A stretch of DNA of 63,680 nucleotides, filler included, from Dicyema japonicum (Eukaryota; Animalia; Dicyemida): assembly GCA_011109175.1 (NCBI GenBank). It is 7 parts of 7 records of this genome, joined end to end, with 100 filler letters (N's around TTAATTAATTAA, not from the genome) between each part and the next. Parts side by side here need not be neighbours in the genome. Positions count along the whole stretch, not along the records: positions 1 to 31,672 come from RDEW01000109.1; positions 31,773 to 51,866 come from RDEW01000177.1; 5 more parts are not named here. One strand, given 5' to 3'. The notes beneath the pieces are model-generated. The model was given only the letters and a program-made list of their open reading frames with translations. It made no database searches and had not been told where the DNA came from. A program made the position numbers and the translations under genes. Of this stretch, positions 25,983-39,204 are shown piece after piece (the stretch's first letter is position 1; every line of letters starts with the position of its first letter).

Positions 25983-28050
25983 CTACCTGATAAATTCTCT
26001 GTACAGATAAGAGGCAATAGTCGTAAACTTGCTCCCAAGCAGGTGGAGAAGGTTAAAGGAAGAGTTCTCGATCACTTCACGTTCCACACAATTGCTGTCA
26101 TGACAACTGGAGTGAAAATATGAGTCTCTGTCTTTATGAGTGGGACATCTGGCCACACTCAGAACCCGTAAAATCTGAGAACCAAGGAATACTTCCAATG
26201 GATCTCAATAGCCATTGCAAGAGGTGACACTGCGTCGGGGATAACTAATCAACACATCTTCCGATTACTTGATGATGGCAATTCCAAGGACCTGAGAGAA
26301 CCATTAAAGTAAACTGGGTCTAAGAGTCTCGTCGCTATTGCACTCCCAATTTCATCGATAACTCCTTCAATTTTCCAACCGTTCCAGAGGTTTTGAAGGC
26401 GATCGGATGAAACGGTAGCGTCTCTGACAGCTGAGTGTTGATGCACGTCAGATCTTAGAATAGAGATCTCCCATGTGAAAATGATAATTTCGTACGGTCT
26501 CTTCTTATCTCCGCTATCAAGTCTCTAGTTAAACGAGCAGTTCCTGCATATGAATTGAATACATACCTGAAGGTATCCGCATATGGAATGGTAAGGTTGC
26601 AAAGGCTAGATTAGTGGTTATGACCAAACTCCCAGTAGTAAATTCCGATATATTTGAATCAAGGAGTATTTCCAAATCTAATTATGCTCAAGAATTAATG
26701 AAGTGAATAATTTAGTTTTGTTACAAGAAATAACTAAAGAATGTACTTAACGTTGATTCAGTAATCGGTCGGGAAAAGGCATACCAATATCCCATAGTAT
26801 TAACAAGACAGAAAAAGATCATTCCTTTTATTTTAGATGAAGTGGCCTCTAAGTTCAAGGGGTTAAAACAGTTTTAATGACTAGCAATAACTCCCAGGAA
26901 TATAGAGGATGCAATAGTATGGAAATAATGTATATAAGGAAGAAAGACTACAAATATTGTGAGGCATTAAGATAAAAATAGTACAGTAAACTGAATTACA
27001 GTTGTAATTTGATGTCAATTCGTATGTCTGAACTGTGAGCGAAGAGCATACCTGAAGGTATTCACTATAACATTTGTTCATGGAGTTGTATTTCACAAAG
27101 AATTAAAAATTGATATGTTAATTATTGAATGTCGTAGATTATTCAAAATCAGTAAGGAATTAATTAAACTGAATAAATTAACAAACTCTTATTAACCAAA
27201 TCCTTATATCCTATAGTCAACTACCATTATCTGCCACAAATACCAAGCAGGTTGTTTGGGTCTGATATTTTACTACAAACTGAAATAATATTTATAATTA
27301 CGTAAACGACTGGCCGGTTGGTTGTCCATACTAATTATATTAATATCACACAAATACATTTCACCATTTCGGTTGATTTTAATCGTATTCCCTTCGATAG
27401 ATTTATGTCTAAGCTATACATGACTTTATACGCTTTTGGTATGCCCATAGCATCAACACACAATATGTCGACACTAATTTAATATTAAAAATACTTATGT
27501 AATGCAACAGAATCAGAAATCGTCATAAATAATTGTACTGTTGATGAAATAGGAAAATCACTATAAATTAATAAAATAACTTACACAGCATAGAGCCTCT
27601 CCATTAAAATTGCAAAGTCTGTGCTAATATACATTAATTTGAAACATTCGGCGAGATATCTATCATTTTCAAAATATAATACAAATATTCACTACTGAGT
27701 GGTAGAGTAGTAGAAGTGATGACTTTAATGATATGATCAACCTTACACGCACTATAATGATTAATATTGTAATACAAAAATTTAGCATTTAGCATTTGAA
27801 GTGAAAAAATAGCTCCATCGGGTACACTAATGTTCTCAGCATAAACGAAATTTATTTGTTCTCTGTAGGTGAGATCTTCAAATACACAGTGCTCCAAATA
27901 TCTGTGAATGATTTTGAATAATACAAATTGTTATCCGTGATAATTTTAGAGTTACACCCTTCCATCATTTTTGAGCAGTGAAAAACTGCTATGAAGATAA
28001 TGAGATTGTACATACAAAATCATATAAATTTAAGAGATCTGCGCATATAA
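25983..28050 (-). CDS. Same putative micro-intron LRR-like/TM gene, copy 3
   Basis: Near-identical to 3783-5850. Confidence 0.55.
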
Positions 28051-28181
28051 ACCTGTAAATTAATTCAAATTTATTTTAAAATGAATTAATTCAAATTTAT
28101 AAATTAATTCAAATTTATTTTAAATTTAACTAAAATCTCTTCCTTATTTAACTTAACCATATGTTTTCTTATAGTTTCGAT

Positions 28182-30499
28182 GTTTGTTGCAGCGTGGTGT
28201 TATGTGGTCCACCAATTCAAAAAAATCAAAAGGATCAAGATTGGCTATCCACGAGTAGATAATCATATGTGGAGATTTAAACGCAAAGCACCCATTATGG
28301 TTGTCAACCCAACAGCCCGACACGAGAGGGAATCTTTTGTTATCGAAATCGGACGCCCTAACGATACTGAATGATCCAGCGAAAAATATAAGGACCCCAC
28401 TCAGAGAGACGGATCTACCTCACCGGATGTAACATTCTGCTCATCGTCGCTTTCATCAATAATTGATTGGTCAGTCCTCTACGAAACAAGAAGCGACCAT
28501 AATCCAATTGTGATGAAGGTCATGAGAGAAGTCAGAGTGAGGAGAACACCTGCTAGTTATAACTACAAAGCTGCTAATTGGGAATTGTGTCGTGCAATCT
28601 CGGATGATAGACTGAAGAATTGTTACTTGGACAGCTTCAAATCGCTAGAAAAGGGATCAAATACTTTACTTCACAATCCTAGAAGCAAGATTATTGGCTA
28701 TTCCCAAGCATCGTCTAAATTCCTTTAATGGTAGAGGAAGTCGGCATTGATCAAAGAAAGAAATCACCTCAAAAAATTATTGGATTACATTAAAACGAAA
28801 CTCCGGTCAGAGCCTAAACAACGAAATAAAGCCAGAGAGTTCAAGGCCCAGAAATTGAAGTGAATCGGATTCTTACAAAGGTACCGTAGTACCGGAGAAG
28901 TGTGGAAAGCCATCCGAAATGTTGCAAAGGACGAAGAAATTTCCCCCGAGGATGACTATACTCAACGAGACGTTAACAATTTGATAAAATTCTACACAAA
29001 AATTTCGTACAAAACACAGAAAGTCGGAAGTGCTTCTCTCTTCATGGAGAAAACTGAAGAAGGATTCTGATTCAGTTTACTTCTCGATGAAGACGTGAAG
29101 AATGCGCTGCGTTTTACAAGAACAACGTACTCTGCGGTCCCGACAACATTCCAGTAGTGTTATTGAAGAACCTTGGAGATATGGAGTCGGTTTTCTAACG
29201 TCGTTTAACTATTCAATTAATTGTAATGTAATACCGTTGTTATGGAAGCAAGCCAACATCCGACCTATACTGAAACCTGGAAAACCTAAGAAGATCCGGC
29301 ATCATTTAGATTTGTGTCATTGTTATGTTCCGTATCGAAAATCCTGAAGGCTTGTGCTTGGGAGAATCAAGGCTTTCTTACAGAAAAGGATTTTCAACAC
29401 GGATTCAAGAGCGATTGTCTACATCAACGTACCTACAGAAATTAACCAACTTCATTAGAGATGGTTTTTCAAACAAACCAAGGCATTTGAAAACAGTCTT
29501 ATGTTCCATTGATATTAACAAGGCCTTTGATTCTATTTCGAGAAAAATATTATCAAAGAAAATTTTCCAGTCGAGATCCCGGGGAAGCTTAAACTTTGGA
29601 AAACAAATTTCTTAAGTGACGAGGGGACGTGTATGCCTCGGGGGACTGAAATCAGTCTCGCGTCTTCTCCCAAACGGTGTCCCCAAGGATCTCTTTATCC
29701 CCCGCCTTATTCAATTTATACCTGGCGACCTCCCGACACCGGAATCAATAACGATGTTCTACTCACATATGCGGACGATATTGTTTTGGTCTCGCGTGAT
29801 CGGGATATCCAAAATGCTACAGAAAGATTACAAATTAACCTAGACTGACTCAACGCTCCGGTAATGAAGAACCAACTCACGATAAATTCCAGAGAGTCGG
29901 TCACGTCTATGTTTACTTCGGACAAAAGGTTGGGGAAGATGACTGTCAAGTTAAAATTGGACAACGTTGAAATCTCCTTCAGCAAATGTCAGAAGATCCT
30001 GGGCGTAACACTGGATACACACTTATGTTTGTTACCACACGTGGCAAAGATTGTTCTGATATGCGAGAAAAGGATCAATGTATTAAAATGTTTATCTGGA
30101 ATATGAAAGACAGGTACCCACCCGGTCTTGATGAACATTTACAACAATACATCGAACCATGCTTCTCGTATGCGTGTGCTTCGTGGGACCTTCATTATCA
30201 TGGACGAACATTGAGAAAATCGAAGACGTTCAAAAGAAGGATTTCAGAATGACGGAGCGGTAGTCTTGTGGGAGACAAAGAACCGGACCGACTACTCTGG
30301 AGGTTCTCATTAAACAAAACTCCAGCATGCGGGAAGATGGCCCTGCAAATATAGTCAGCCGCCTTGACGAGCTTGTGTGGGTACGAGGGAGGAGCACCGG
30401 GAAAGAATGAGGATTTTGGTGGAACGCATCGGGATCACGTGATAGTTAGTTTTGGTTTTACCGTGGTCTTGGGTGTTAAATAAATTAAATAAATAAAAA
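28182..30499 (+). mobile_element. LINE family A copy 3, more diverged in its 3' part and lacking the right-hand TSD
   Basis: Left TSD present at 28171-28181. From about 28590 there are many differences from copies 1 and 2 (SIDINKAFD versus SIDKAFD). The tail is followed by TTAGCACACG. Confidence 0.88.
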
Positions 30500-31289
30500 T
30501 TTAGCACACGTGATAAAATCATATTTTTCACCCCTTGAAAATTTGTCTTACGCTTTCCTCAAACTAGGTCTTACCAATCGTAACCAAAACTATTGAAGCT
30601 AGTATCCAGATAAAAGATAACGAAATTTTTGGTTTGTCTGGAAAATCAGTATTTAGCGTGTCCCCTGTAGTGAATTATCAAGAACGGAAGGAAAGGGCTA
30701 CCATGATATAGAAATCGCTTCTAAGATTTTACTTGAGTTCCTGATTTATGGCTTTCATGGATGGTTTGAAAGTGATGAGGTAAGTTCGAGGATACATGCT
30801 ATTAAATTGGCATATAGACTTGATTTAAAATCAAAATTACCATTGAAAAATTATTGAAAGACTTGTAGAGATAAACCTTGTTTGGAGCAAGGGGTTGTAA
30901 AAGAGACATATGGTTTCTCGTTATAGAAGACCCCATCAACTAATACAAACTCGTTGGTTCTCCTAGACCCCATCAACCTCTCTAGTTAATAACGAGTTTG
31001 TTTTGACAATATAATGATGACTCGGAATATAAACTGTGCAAAATATGCGATGTACATACGAATGCTAAAGCTGTGAATGTTGAGAATGCTAAATAACTGA
31101 AAACAAAAATTCTGATGCAAAGAACTCTAATGCTACACCAGTACCCCCTGGAGCGACTATAAGAGAAATTTCGAAGAGGACAAGGTAATAATGATTCCAG
31201 TACTGTCTCCAACAATACTGAGATTCCAAGAATTTGTGTTTTTTGAAATTATTTAAAATCACTTTGATTTGGGTTTAACAGATAATAAT

Positions 31290-31651
31290 TTATTTACTTT
31301 GTCTGAGGAAGGATCAGCTATTTTCTGATCGTGGCACATGTGAACGTAGTGGATTCCCTTGTCCCTGGTAGAACTGAAAGAATCGAAGGGCAATCCTTCA
31401 TATTGACGATTCAGACAGTGGAGTGATGAGGGTAGGATTTGTTAGACTCGGGAATAGCCGTAAAGTCTTCTCGAGTAAGAAGCTGATTTCGTCCAACGAC
31501 GACCCAGAAAGTACATACCTCCATGTATCACAGCAGGAACGATGGTTTTTCTGTATAATTTAGATGCGAGGATAATTTGCCCTTTGCTGTCTGAATGTTG
31601 TGTGCTGAGCCATAGTGGATGGTTCCCGTTCAGATCACATAAAACATGCAT
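31290..31651 (-). mobile_element. Internally deleted LINE derivative (APE fragment fused to post-RT segment)
   Basis: CDLNGNHPLWLSTQHSDSKG runs directly into LYRKTIVPAV, with a GTRE-like motif downstream. Confidence 0.55.
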
Positions 31652-31672
31652 TGATTAATAAGCCTCTAAGAA

Positions 31673-31772
31673 NNNNNNNNNNNNNNNNNNNNNNNNNNNN
31701 NNNNNNNNNNNNNNNNTTAATTAATTAANNNNNNNNNNNNNNNNNNNNNNNNNNNNNNNNNNNNNNNNNNNN
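31673..31772. other. Artificial 100-nt scaffold spacer N44-TTAATTAATTAA-N44 (also at 51867, 56513, 58295, 61228, 62505)
   Basis: The identical six-frame-stop linker occurs six times. Confidence 0.97.
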
Positions 31773-32139
31773 AAAATCAAAAATTTTAAAGATATATTCT
31801 GACCGTCCAACGGCCGTAATTAGTATTTTTATTAGCTCGTCTCAACATTCATTGTCTTTTTTGTATACAATTTTTTATCAAGGTTTTTAGACATTCAGGG
31901 TGCTGTATTCGTGTAATCACTCCGTGGAACATTATCAGGTTGTATCCCCTGTCGTCATCTTTTTAACGGCATTTTTGAAAATAAAAATTAAAATACGACA
32001 AAGAATCTTTGCCAACCACTAAAAAAATATATTTGTTAGTACATTCCAACTGCGTGGATATTCCCCGTCTGAACTGAGATGGAATCCACTTGAATTGACA
32101 GCAGCATTCGCGAATGTTGATTGAACTAGTAAGATTAGG

Positions 32140-33657
32140 TAACCAACCTTTCGTGAGAAGAGTGTCCGAGAGTTCAAGAGTGTCGAGAGAAAAAAACTTT
32201 ATATAACCTGGTAGGTCATTACAAAAATGGAGATGTATTGTTAAATGATAGAGTAGTCTCAGCCGTCATTAGTTATTTGTCACTGCGGAACTGGGTAGTC
32301 TTCTGGGACTCCCACATAAGTAAAAAGCAGATGCGGACAACAATGGTCTCGATCGACATCAACAAGACGTTTGAATCGATACCGATGATACATTTAATTA
32401 GAAAAATCTTTGATTCAAAATTTCGGCCTAACTTGAAGCTATGGCTGGCTTTACCTAGAAGAAGTGGGAGAGTTTTCTGTGGCCACCTCAATGACGACTA
32501 CAAATATTACCAAACAGAGTGCCCCAAGGTTTTCCTTTGTCCCCTATTCTATTCATTTTTTTTCCTCCATGATCTGTAAGCAGACATTGACAAGGACTTC
32601 CTACTGCTTTCTTATGATGATACTAGCATTGCAACAAAAAACAGTTTGACATCAGAAGCAGTTCGACATCAGAAGCGATCTTACTAACACAGAAAAAAGT
32701 CGATTGTGTCCACGATAGGTTGAGAGAAAACAATTTCTCCGTATCGACTCCAAAATTAACATGCACTCTATTCACCTCAGACCGTCGGTCCAAAGAAGGA
32801 CTTGAAATGTCATTGGACATACTCGTATCTGTCAAAAGAATATTCTCAATCCTGGACTTACAAAAAGCAGCTTAATTTTACCTACCATGCCAAACAAGTC
32901 CTCAAAAGAAGTGCAGAAAATAAATATCACACGGGTTCTTATACAGAAGACCCCAGTAAATATAAATAAAGCAATCGGAATTATATATCTTCAGACAATC
33001 GCACAGGGACCGTGTTACCGTGTTGCCGGCATATTACACTCCCAAAAACACTTTATGTAGATCTAAAGCTTGTGAAATAAGTCTAAGAAGTGGAGACAAT
33101 TTAGACGAATTGAGGAAACTATTGTCTCACGATCAAAGAGTTGGAAGAAGTTGGTTCGGAAGATTGACGCACGAGTGAAATTATAACTATTACGATTTTA
33201 AGCATGTTGCTTATAATAATAATCGCACCGGACATTGAATATGCTTCTGTTGCGAGGAGATAGCGCTATCAGAGGCCACTATCCACAAACTAAACTTACT
33301 GCAATGAAAAACAATACGTATGCTGGGACCAAAGTGTTGAACAAAATTCCTCCCTTGCAGATGGAATCTACAACTCGTATATGTGGTTCCGGATTTCTCC
33401 GTATTTACGAGGAAGATGGACATCCACACGGCTTCTCACTGTTTCACAGAAAGAAAATCGATTGGCAAAGAAATTTCCGTCGCCAATCGCTTCCTCTGCA
33501 ATAATCAATGAAGACTCTTCTGTTTGCAGTGGGAACAATGGAGACGCATACGCTTTGGATGGCACGTTTGCATCCGGGAACTGGGATCACCTAACTAGTT
33601 GACAATTCTTTTGTCTTTCTTTCTCTGTGGTCTCGGGGTTAATGAATAATAATAATC
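32140..33657 (+). mobile_element. Decayed LINE (family C, close relative of B)
   Basis: VSIDINKTFE, RPNLKLWLA, FTSDRRSKE, CGSGFLR, ENRLAKKFPSPI and GTMETH...GTGIT*. The 3' UTR resembles that of B, followed by a (TAA)n tail. The 5' boundary is approximate. Confidence 0.85.
33005..33220 (+). mobile_element. 5'-truncated RTE-like 3' end nested in LINE C; TSD AATCGCAC
   Basis: 8-bp direct repeat at 32997-33004 and 33221-33228, (TAA)n tail, TLPKTLYVDL...WKKLV remnant. Removal restores QTIAPDIEYASVA. Confidence 0.75.
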
Positions 33658-35745
33658 AGCTGATTAATTAAAAAGACTGTGACATAAAATATTTATAGAA
33701 GCTTATGATAACCGATATTGCTATACGCTCTGCGGAGTTTCCCCGTGCATTGGACATCGAGATTTTCTTCTATGCATGGATCAGACGCTAAGGCAAAGAG
33801 TCGAGTCACTATAGAATTTACGTTTTGACGATCTGAGTTGGGTACATATACTAGATTCAAAAATTATTATTTCTGAACAAATTAAAGGCATTGTGTAAAT
33901 CAAAAAAGTAGAGTCCGTCCTCATTTTCGAAAACGATGCAGCTTGAAAATTATCTTTAACATGTTTCCCTGCAACAGTCGCGATTGACCGAAACTCTCAA
34001 CTGTGAAGGATACAAATTGGTTGAATGTTTTCGATCACAAGTTGACAGCAATCTTCGATGAAATTCGGCCAAAAAAGCTGTCCATAGAATAGGTCACATT
34101 CCTCAGTTTTTTCCCTGTACGTATAGATTAACTGAAAGCATCAAGTTTACGAGATAAAAGATTGAGCGACTTTAATGGCCAGGTATTTTACCTTACAAGA
34201 TAATCAGTCCCGCTAGATCCTAGGCTATATTAATGATCCTCATCGTCATAAACTAAATATCAGCCAAATTTGTTGGAGAATATTTTTTAACACGTGTACG
34301 CCCCAAGCCATGGTTCGACCATTAGCGAATGGGATTATTGTTACCCCTTCGGGGCGTTGCCATCGCAAAAAAACTAGTGGTGGCCAGCAGAGAAAGTGCA
34401 TTTTTTAATGTCAAGTAGTGACTTCATGTCGGGGAACAGCAATAAATAAGCTTAAAGGATGATAACCATCGATCCAGCATCCACAAGTGCATTTTCATTT
34501 AACACAAAATTAAGGTCAAGACGGAGCGAGACAGCTATTCTCACTGCCTCGTCGTCAGAAAGTTGCCAATTTTACCACATGGATAAACATTCAACCAAAC
34601 AATTGTTGAATAATTTCTAGTCGTCTTGAAGCTGATTTTCTAGCATCGTATTGCGTTAAAGGAACTCTTTCTTTTTCAAATTTTCAAAAACATATCTTAA
34701 TGTGATTTCAAATTAATTTGGTCATTTAGATGATTAAGAGAATGTCCTCCTATACGTCCACGAATCAAGAAATAAGAAAAGGGTGCGAGGTCAGAATAAA
34801 CAATTGCATCCACATTTGGTTGCGAATAATAGTAAGAGTACTAATAGCATCTATTGTCATCAAATGTATATTTAAAATTACTTTAACGGTTGACCTAATT
34901 TTACTGTCAATGAGAAATATGACCTATTTTTTACTATCAAGTAGAAAAGAACATCGGAGGTTGAAAAGCTTTTAGTCCTGATCGCACAAATTTGCCAAAA
35001 TCGCACAAAAAAGTTATTTTGTCATCAAACGATTACCTTATTCGATTTTTTAATATTTCACATAAAATCAAATCGAGAGAGCGAATGTTGGTCATTCGTT
35101 ACTTGGAACAATATCATTATTTGATTCTAAAGAAGGCAAAAGATTCTCTTATCATACTCAGGCTAACTACTTCATACTGCTTTGTGTTAATTTCACGTCT
35201 AATCCTCCAAAATTAGACCAATTAAATTACTTTGCAGTACTCTTGTCTGAAAAAAAATAATTTCATTTACCCTGCAGTACTCTTGTCTAAAAAAGAATTA
35301 GCTATCATCATTCTTCTAAAACAAAATCCAGGTCATACGCATATCTTAGTTCCTAGATAAAAGTAGGACAATTTTTAGCTCTCAGATTACGAAGAGCAGC
35401 TTCCAGATAGACAACAAAAGGATTGGTTATTGTGAGTCAACTTCTGAAGTGTCAATGTGCGTAGCCTCTCTTCAGATTCACTTAAAATTTTATTTTCGCG
35501 CAAATTGACCTGTAATTAAACATTATTTAAAAGGTATTAAACTTTTTGACACAATTTTTAAACATTTTGATAAAGCTACTAAACATTAAGGCAAAGTTAT
35601 TAGACATTTTTGACAAATTTATTAAATTTTTGGAAAAATTATTAAACAAATCGGAAAACCATGTAAATTGTGTGAATTTAATTATATTATTTTTTAATTT
35701 TATTTTTTTAATCCAACACTTTATTTAATAAAATTATAATTAATT

Positions 35746-37800
35746 ATGACGACTGTATTTCATGTAGTAATTTTTATTTCTTGTGGTTATCGTATATTCA
35801 TTATTTTGGTATTTAATTTCATAGATGTTCACTTTTCTTGTGTTAAACTTGTCATTCGATATATTAACATCACAGAATATATGCCCAAACGAATTAACAG
35901 TAAGTAGAACAACTCTGTATTAAATATAAATTATTAAGATATTGGATTAATTGTACATTTTCGATAACTGACCTACCTGAATTTTATGTAGCTGCATTAA
36001 TTGTTCAAAATATTGAATTTGAACCTGATGTCAACTTTTCATTATTGGGAATGAAGTTAAAAGCTTTGTAAATATCATTAATTATTCATAGTCGATGTGA
36101 TAATAATGATCAAAGTTTAAAAACTGTAGACAACAAAACATTCCCACCTACCATTAAGGACATGTTACATATTTTTTTAAATTTATAGATATTTTAGTGA
36201 ATGTAATTCCCTCATATTCATATCGATCGAATTTGCGGAAAATTTATCAATGCTTTTCGAAATGTAGTTTTTTTGTAATTAATGTAGATCCTTTCCTCGA
36301 GGAATAAATGTTATTCAAGTTTTTAAAGTTAGTAGTTACAGAGTTTATTTAAATGAGTATTTTTAATGATAATAATATAGTGTTATCGTTTGTATCGATT
36401 CATTTGGAAATCCAGAGGCGTATGATATTATATTTAGTATAGATATGAAGCAAAAACTAATAGACAATTAGCTATCATAGATAATAAATTGTATATGTTA
36501 GAAAATAATATATTTAGAAAAAACGGCAGGCCGACAAGTGAATTACGTAATTAATAATGTTATTTCAGTCTGCAGTGCCAATAAAAACAAGTATAATGTA
36601 CTTGGAACTTGCGGAGTTCAATTAAACATTTAACTAACTTAATCGTTTAATTTTCTGGGATATAAAATTGGTGTTAATTAATTCAAATTTATTATGATTT
36701 AATTATTATCCTGGTTGGACAACTGAATCACACAGCTATACTTTTGTCTCTAATAAAATAATTTCACTTCAAAAAACGATTACAGAAGTAATCGACTTTG
36801 ATAGGTGTTAAAGAACGGACGGTTTTCTTCTGATTTATGCAGAACGGCGTATGCATTATCCTAATTAATCATAAGGACTTAAACTACTAGCTTTACTCAC
36901 ACACGATTACTCTCAATGAAGAGGAATATGTTCAAACAGTTGTGAACGATGATGGGAGTATTGACTATATAAGGAACATCATCATTTTACTTCGAATACT
37001 GCAATATAAACCAAAATGGTGACATATAATAAAATATTAAGGCCAGGTGAGTTAATGCAACTCTCTTTGAAAGACTCCGAAACTGATCAAAACACTCCTT
37101 GAAGACGAGGACTTTATCTTCCCTACCCATAAAGAACACAGTAATACGAAGCATAAAATTAATAAAAATTAACCATGCCCCCTTTCTAGACCACCGATTG
37201 GGGTAACCCTTATCAAATACTCCAAAATAACACCAAACAAATCTGGATCCTTCTCCACAAGCTTACAGGTACAGAGACAGCTTGAATCACACCAAGTTCA
37301 ACTTGAGAATGAAATGCGCACAACATCTACGCTACGAGCTTGAGCACCCCATTGAAGGTCCGTCTTACACGAACCTTGATCTTCCAATTTGTAAAGTGTA
37401 GTTCAGCATGCATCTGCCGAATCGTAACTAAAGTGTCGGCCACTTATTCCCAAGAGAGAATGTAGTTGATTTCTATTAAGGGAGTCGAGCCTTCGTCATC
37501 TGTTTTCGAGATACGCCATTTTCCAAAGAAATACTTAATGATCAATTTCACGATAGCCTCATACAATCTTAGTCGGAGTGATCCAACATTTCAAAAGTTT
37601 TTGTATGGTCACCGTAGATTATAATATCCTTCTGGCAATGTCTTCTGAGTCGTTAAAAGGGAGCCAAGTTTTATGGCCTTTCTCTAGTTTTCAGTACTGC
37701 GTGGTTCCGTCCTTTTGATATCGACGATATCCGTCTTCAATTGTCATTAATAAAGACCATTTAGCCCGCGGTCTGGTGCTACCTCCATCGGTCGTCTTGG
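35746..37800 (+). CDS. Diverged paralogue (gene or pseudogene) of the LRR-like micro-intron gene in the array
   Basis: Spliced QNIEFEPDVNFSLL..KAF/RCD..LKTVDNKTFPPTIKDI/YFSECNSLIFISIEFAENLSMLFEI/SFP..VCIDSFGNPEAY aligns with the array gene, with introns at equivalent positions. Ends are approximate. Confidence 0.55.
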
Positions 37801-38149
37801 TGCATCTTTGTTACTTGATACAGTAAATATCACCGCTGTAAACTATTTCCATAATTTCGTTCTAACACACTGTGTTTGACAGGATTTTTTGTCTAACCTC
37901 CATTTGAAACACCAAGTGTTCCAAAATAAGAGGTTGTTTTAAAAATAGAGGTTACTCGAAAAATCGTACAAAAATTTTTCATTATTGAGTCATAACTATA
38001 ATTAGTTGATTAAATCCTTAGATTTTAACGGAAAAGTAACATTGTTTAAAGTAATCAGTAATCTTTTGTCCATAACCATATTAAATAAATAAATTAAATT
38101 AACCATATTTAAATTTTAAATTGCGCATGAATATTTTTCTAAAATCATA

Positions 38150-39204
38150 AAAACCTTTACGACAATCTGGCAAATATTTAAATGTTTTCCTCAACTTTAT
38201 TTATGTTATCAATGGTTATAGTTGCATATTCTGCCTCAATTTCATTATAAATTTTTGCTCTAACTCAGCGTCATTTTCTTCTTAAACATATTCGATAGCT
38301 TTTTCAATTTTTTTATTGAAGAGACCATTAAGATCTTCGGATTGGAGTTCGCTAAACACTTTTTCCAAACAATTAATAATAATTTCTGATGAAACCTTTT
38401 TCCATGCATCAGAAATCAATAATAGCACTTGAAATAAATTTATTTTTTTTAGGGACTCAATAAAAAATTGTTGATCGTCACTGAAACATTAAAAATCTAT
38501 TAAAGATGTAGAATAGTGGTCCTTGACAGATTTGATAATTCCATATTTCAGTGGCTGAAATATAGGGGTTGTATTTTTTGGTAGGAAAAATAATTCTGTT
38601 AGAGAATTCCAGAATATTGTGGGGCTCAGCATTGTCCAATAGCAGAATAATTTTCAGATTTTGTGATAAAAAATGTTCAATAATCCTATGAAGCCAACAT
38701 CTATCCACATCTTTTGTCATCCATGCATTTTTGGATGAAGAATAGACAACATTATGGTTTGACGGGAGAAAATTCTGAAGCATCTTGGATTACGAAACTT
38801 TCCAATAATTAAAGGGTCTAAATTTTCTCCTGTATAGCTGCAGCAGAGCTAGACAGTTACTTTTTCTTTGCTCTGCTTGAAACCAAATGATTTTTCATTG
38901 TGTTGAATAAAAGATTTTTTTGGACTACGTCTGATAAAAAGACACGTTTCGTCGCAATTTAAAATGTTTTTTTTCCATATTCGTCAATTTTGACATTAAA
39001 TTCAATTAAAAACTCATCAATCATAGAACTGTCACTTGAAACTTTTTCTCCAGACAAAGTTTTACTTAAATTCATGTCTTAATTTGATTTTTTAGCCATC
39101 TGTATGAAGCCTAAAAAAGTTGAAGTAAGATTCTAGATGCGACTTTCAGTCCTAATAAAATGATTTTAGGAATTACAATAATACCGATTTTTTGGATTAA
39201 AGGT
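38150..39204 (-). mobile_element. Tigger/pogo transposase remnant
   Basis: KTLSGEK, NCDETCLF, KQSKEKVTV..CCSYTGEKL.PLIIGK, SKNAWMT and LLLDNAEPH motifs, broken by frameshifts. Confidence 0.85.

Larger units (their letters stand above)
452..30499. repeat. Tandem segmental array U-B-U-B-U' (period about 11.1 kb; units start at about 452, 11609 and 22710)
   Basis: The same sequence (ATTCATAGTGCCCATTTGACATGG...) restarts at 452, 11609 and 22710, and the ORF track repeats at about 11.1-kb offsets. The third unit stops at the end of its LINE-A and has no B element. Confidence 0.95.

Noticed and set aside
30470-30500. End of the third LINE-A as the right boundary of a giant TSD
   Set aside because: A's own TSD shows that the sequence after A in units 1 and 2 is the native flank, so unit 3 ends in a chimeric A instead.
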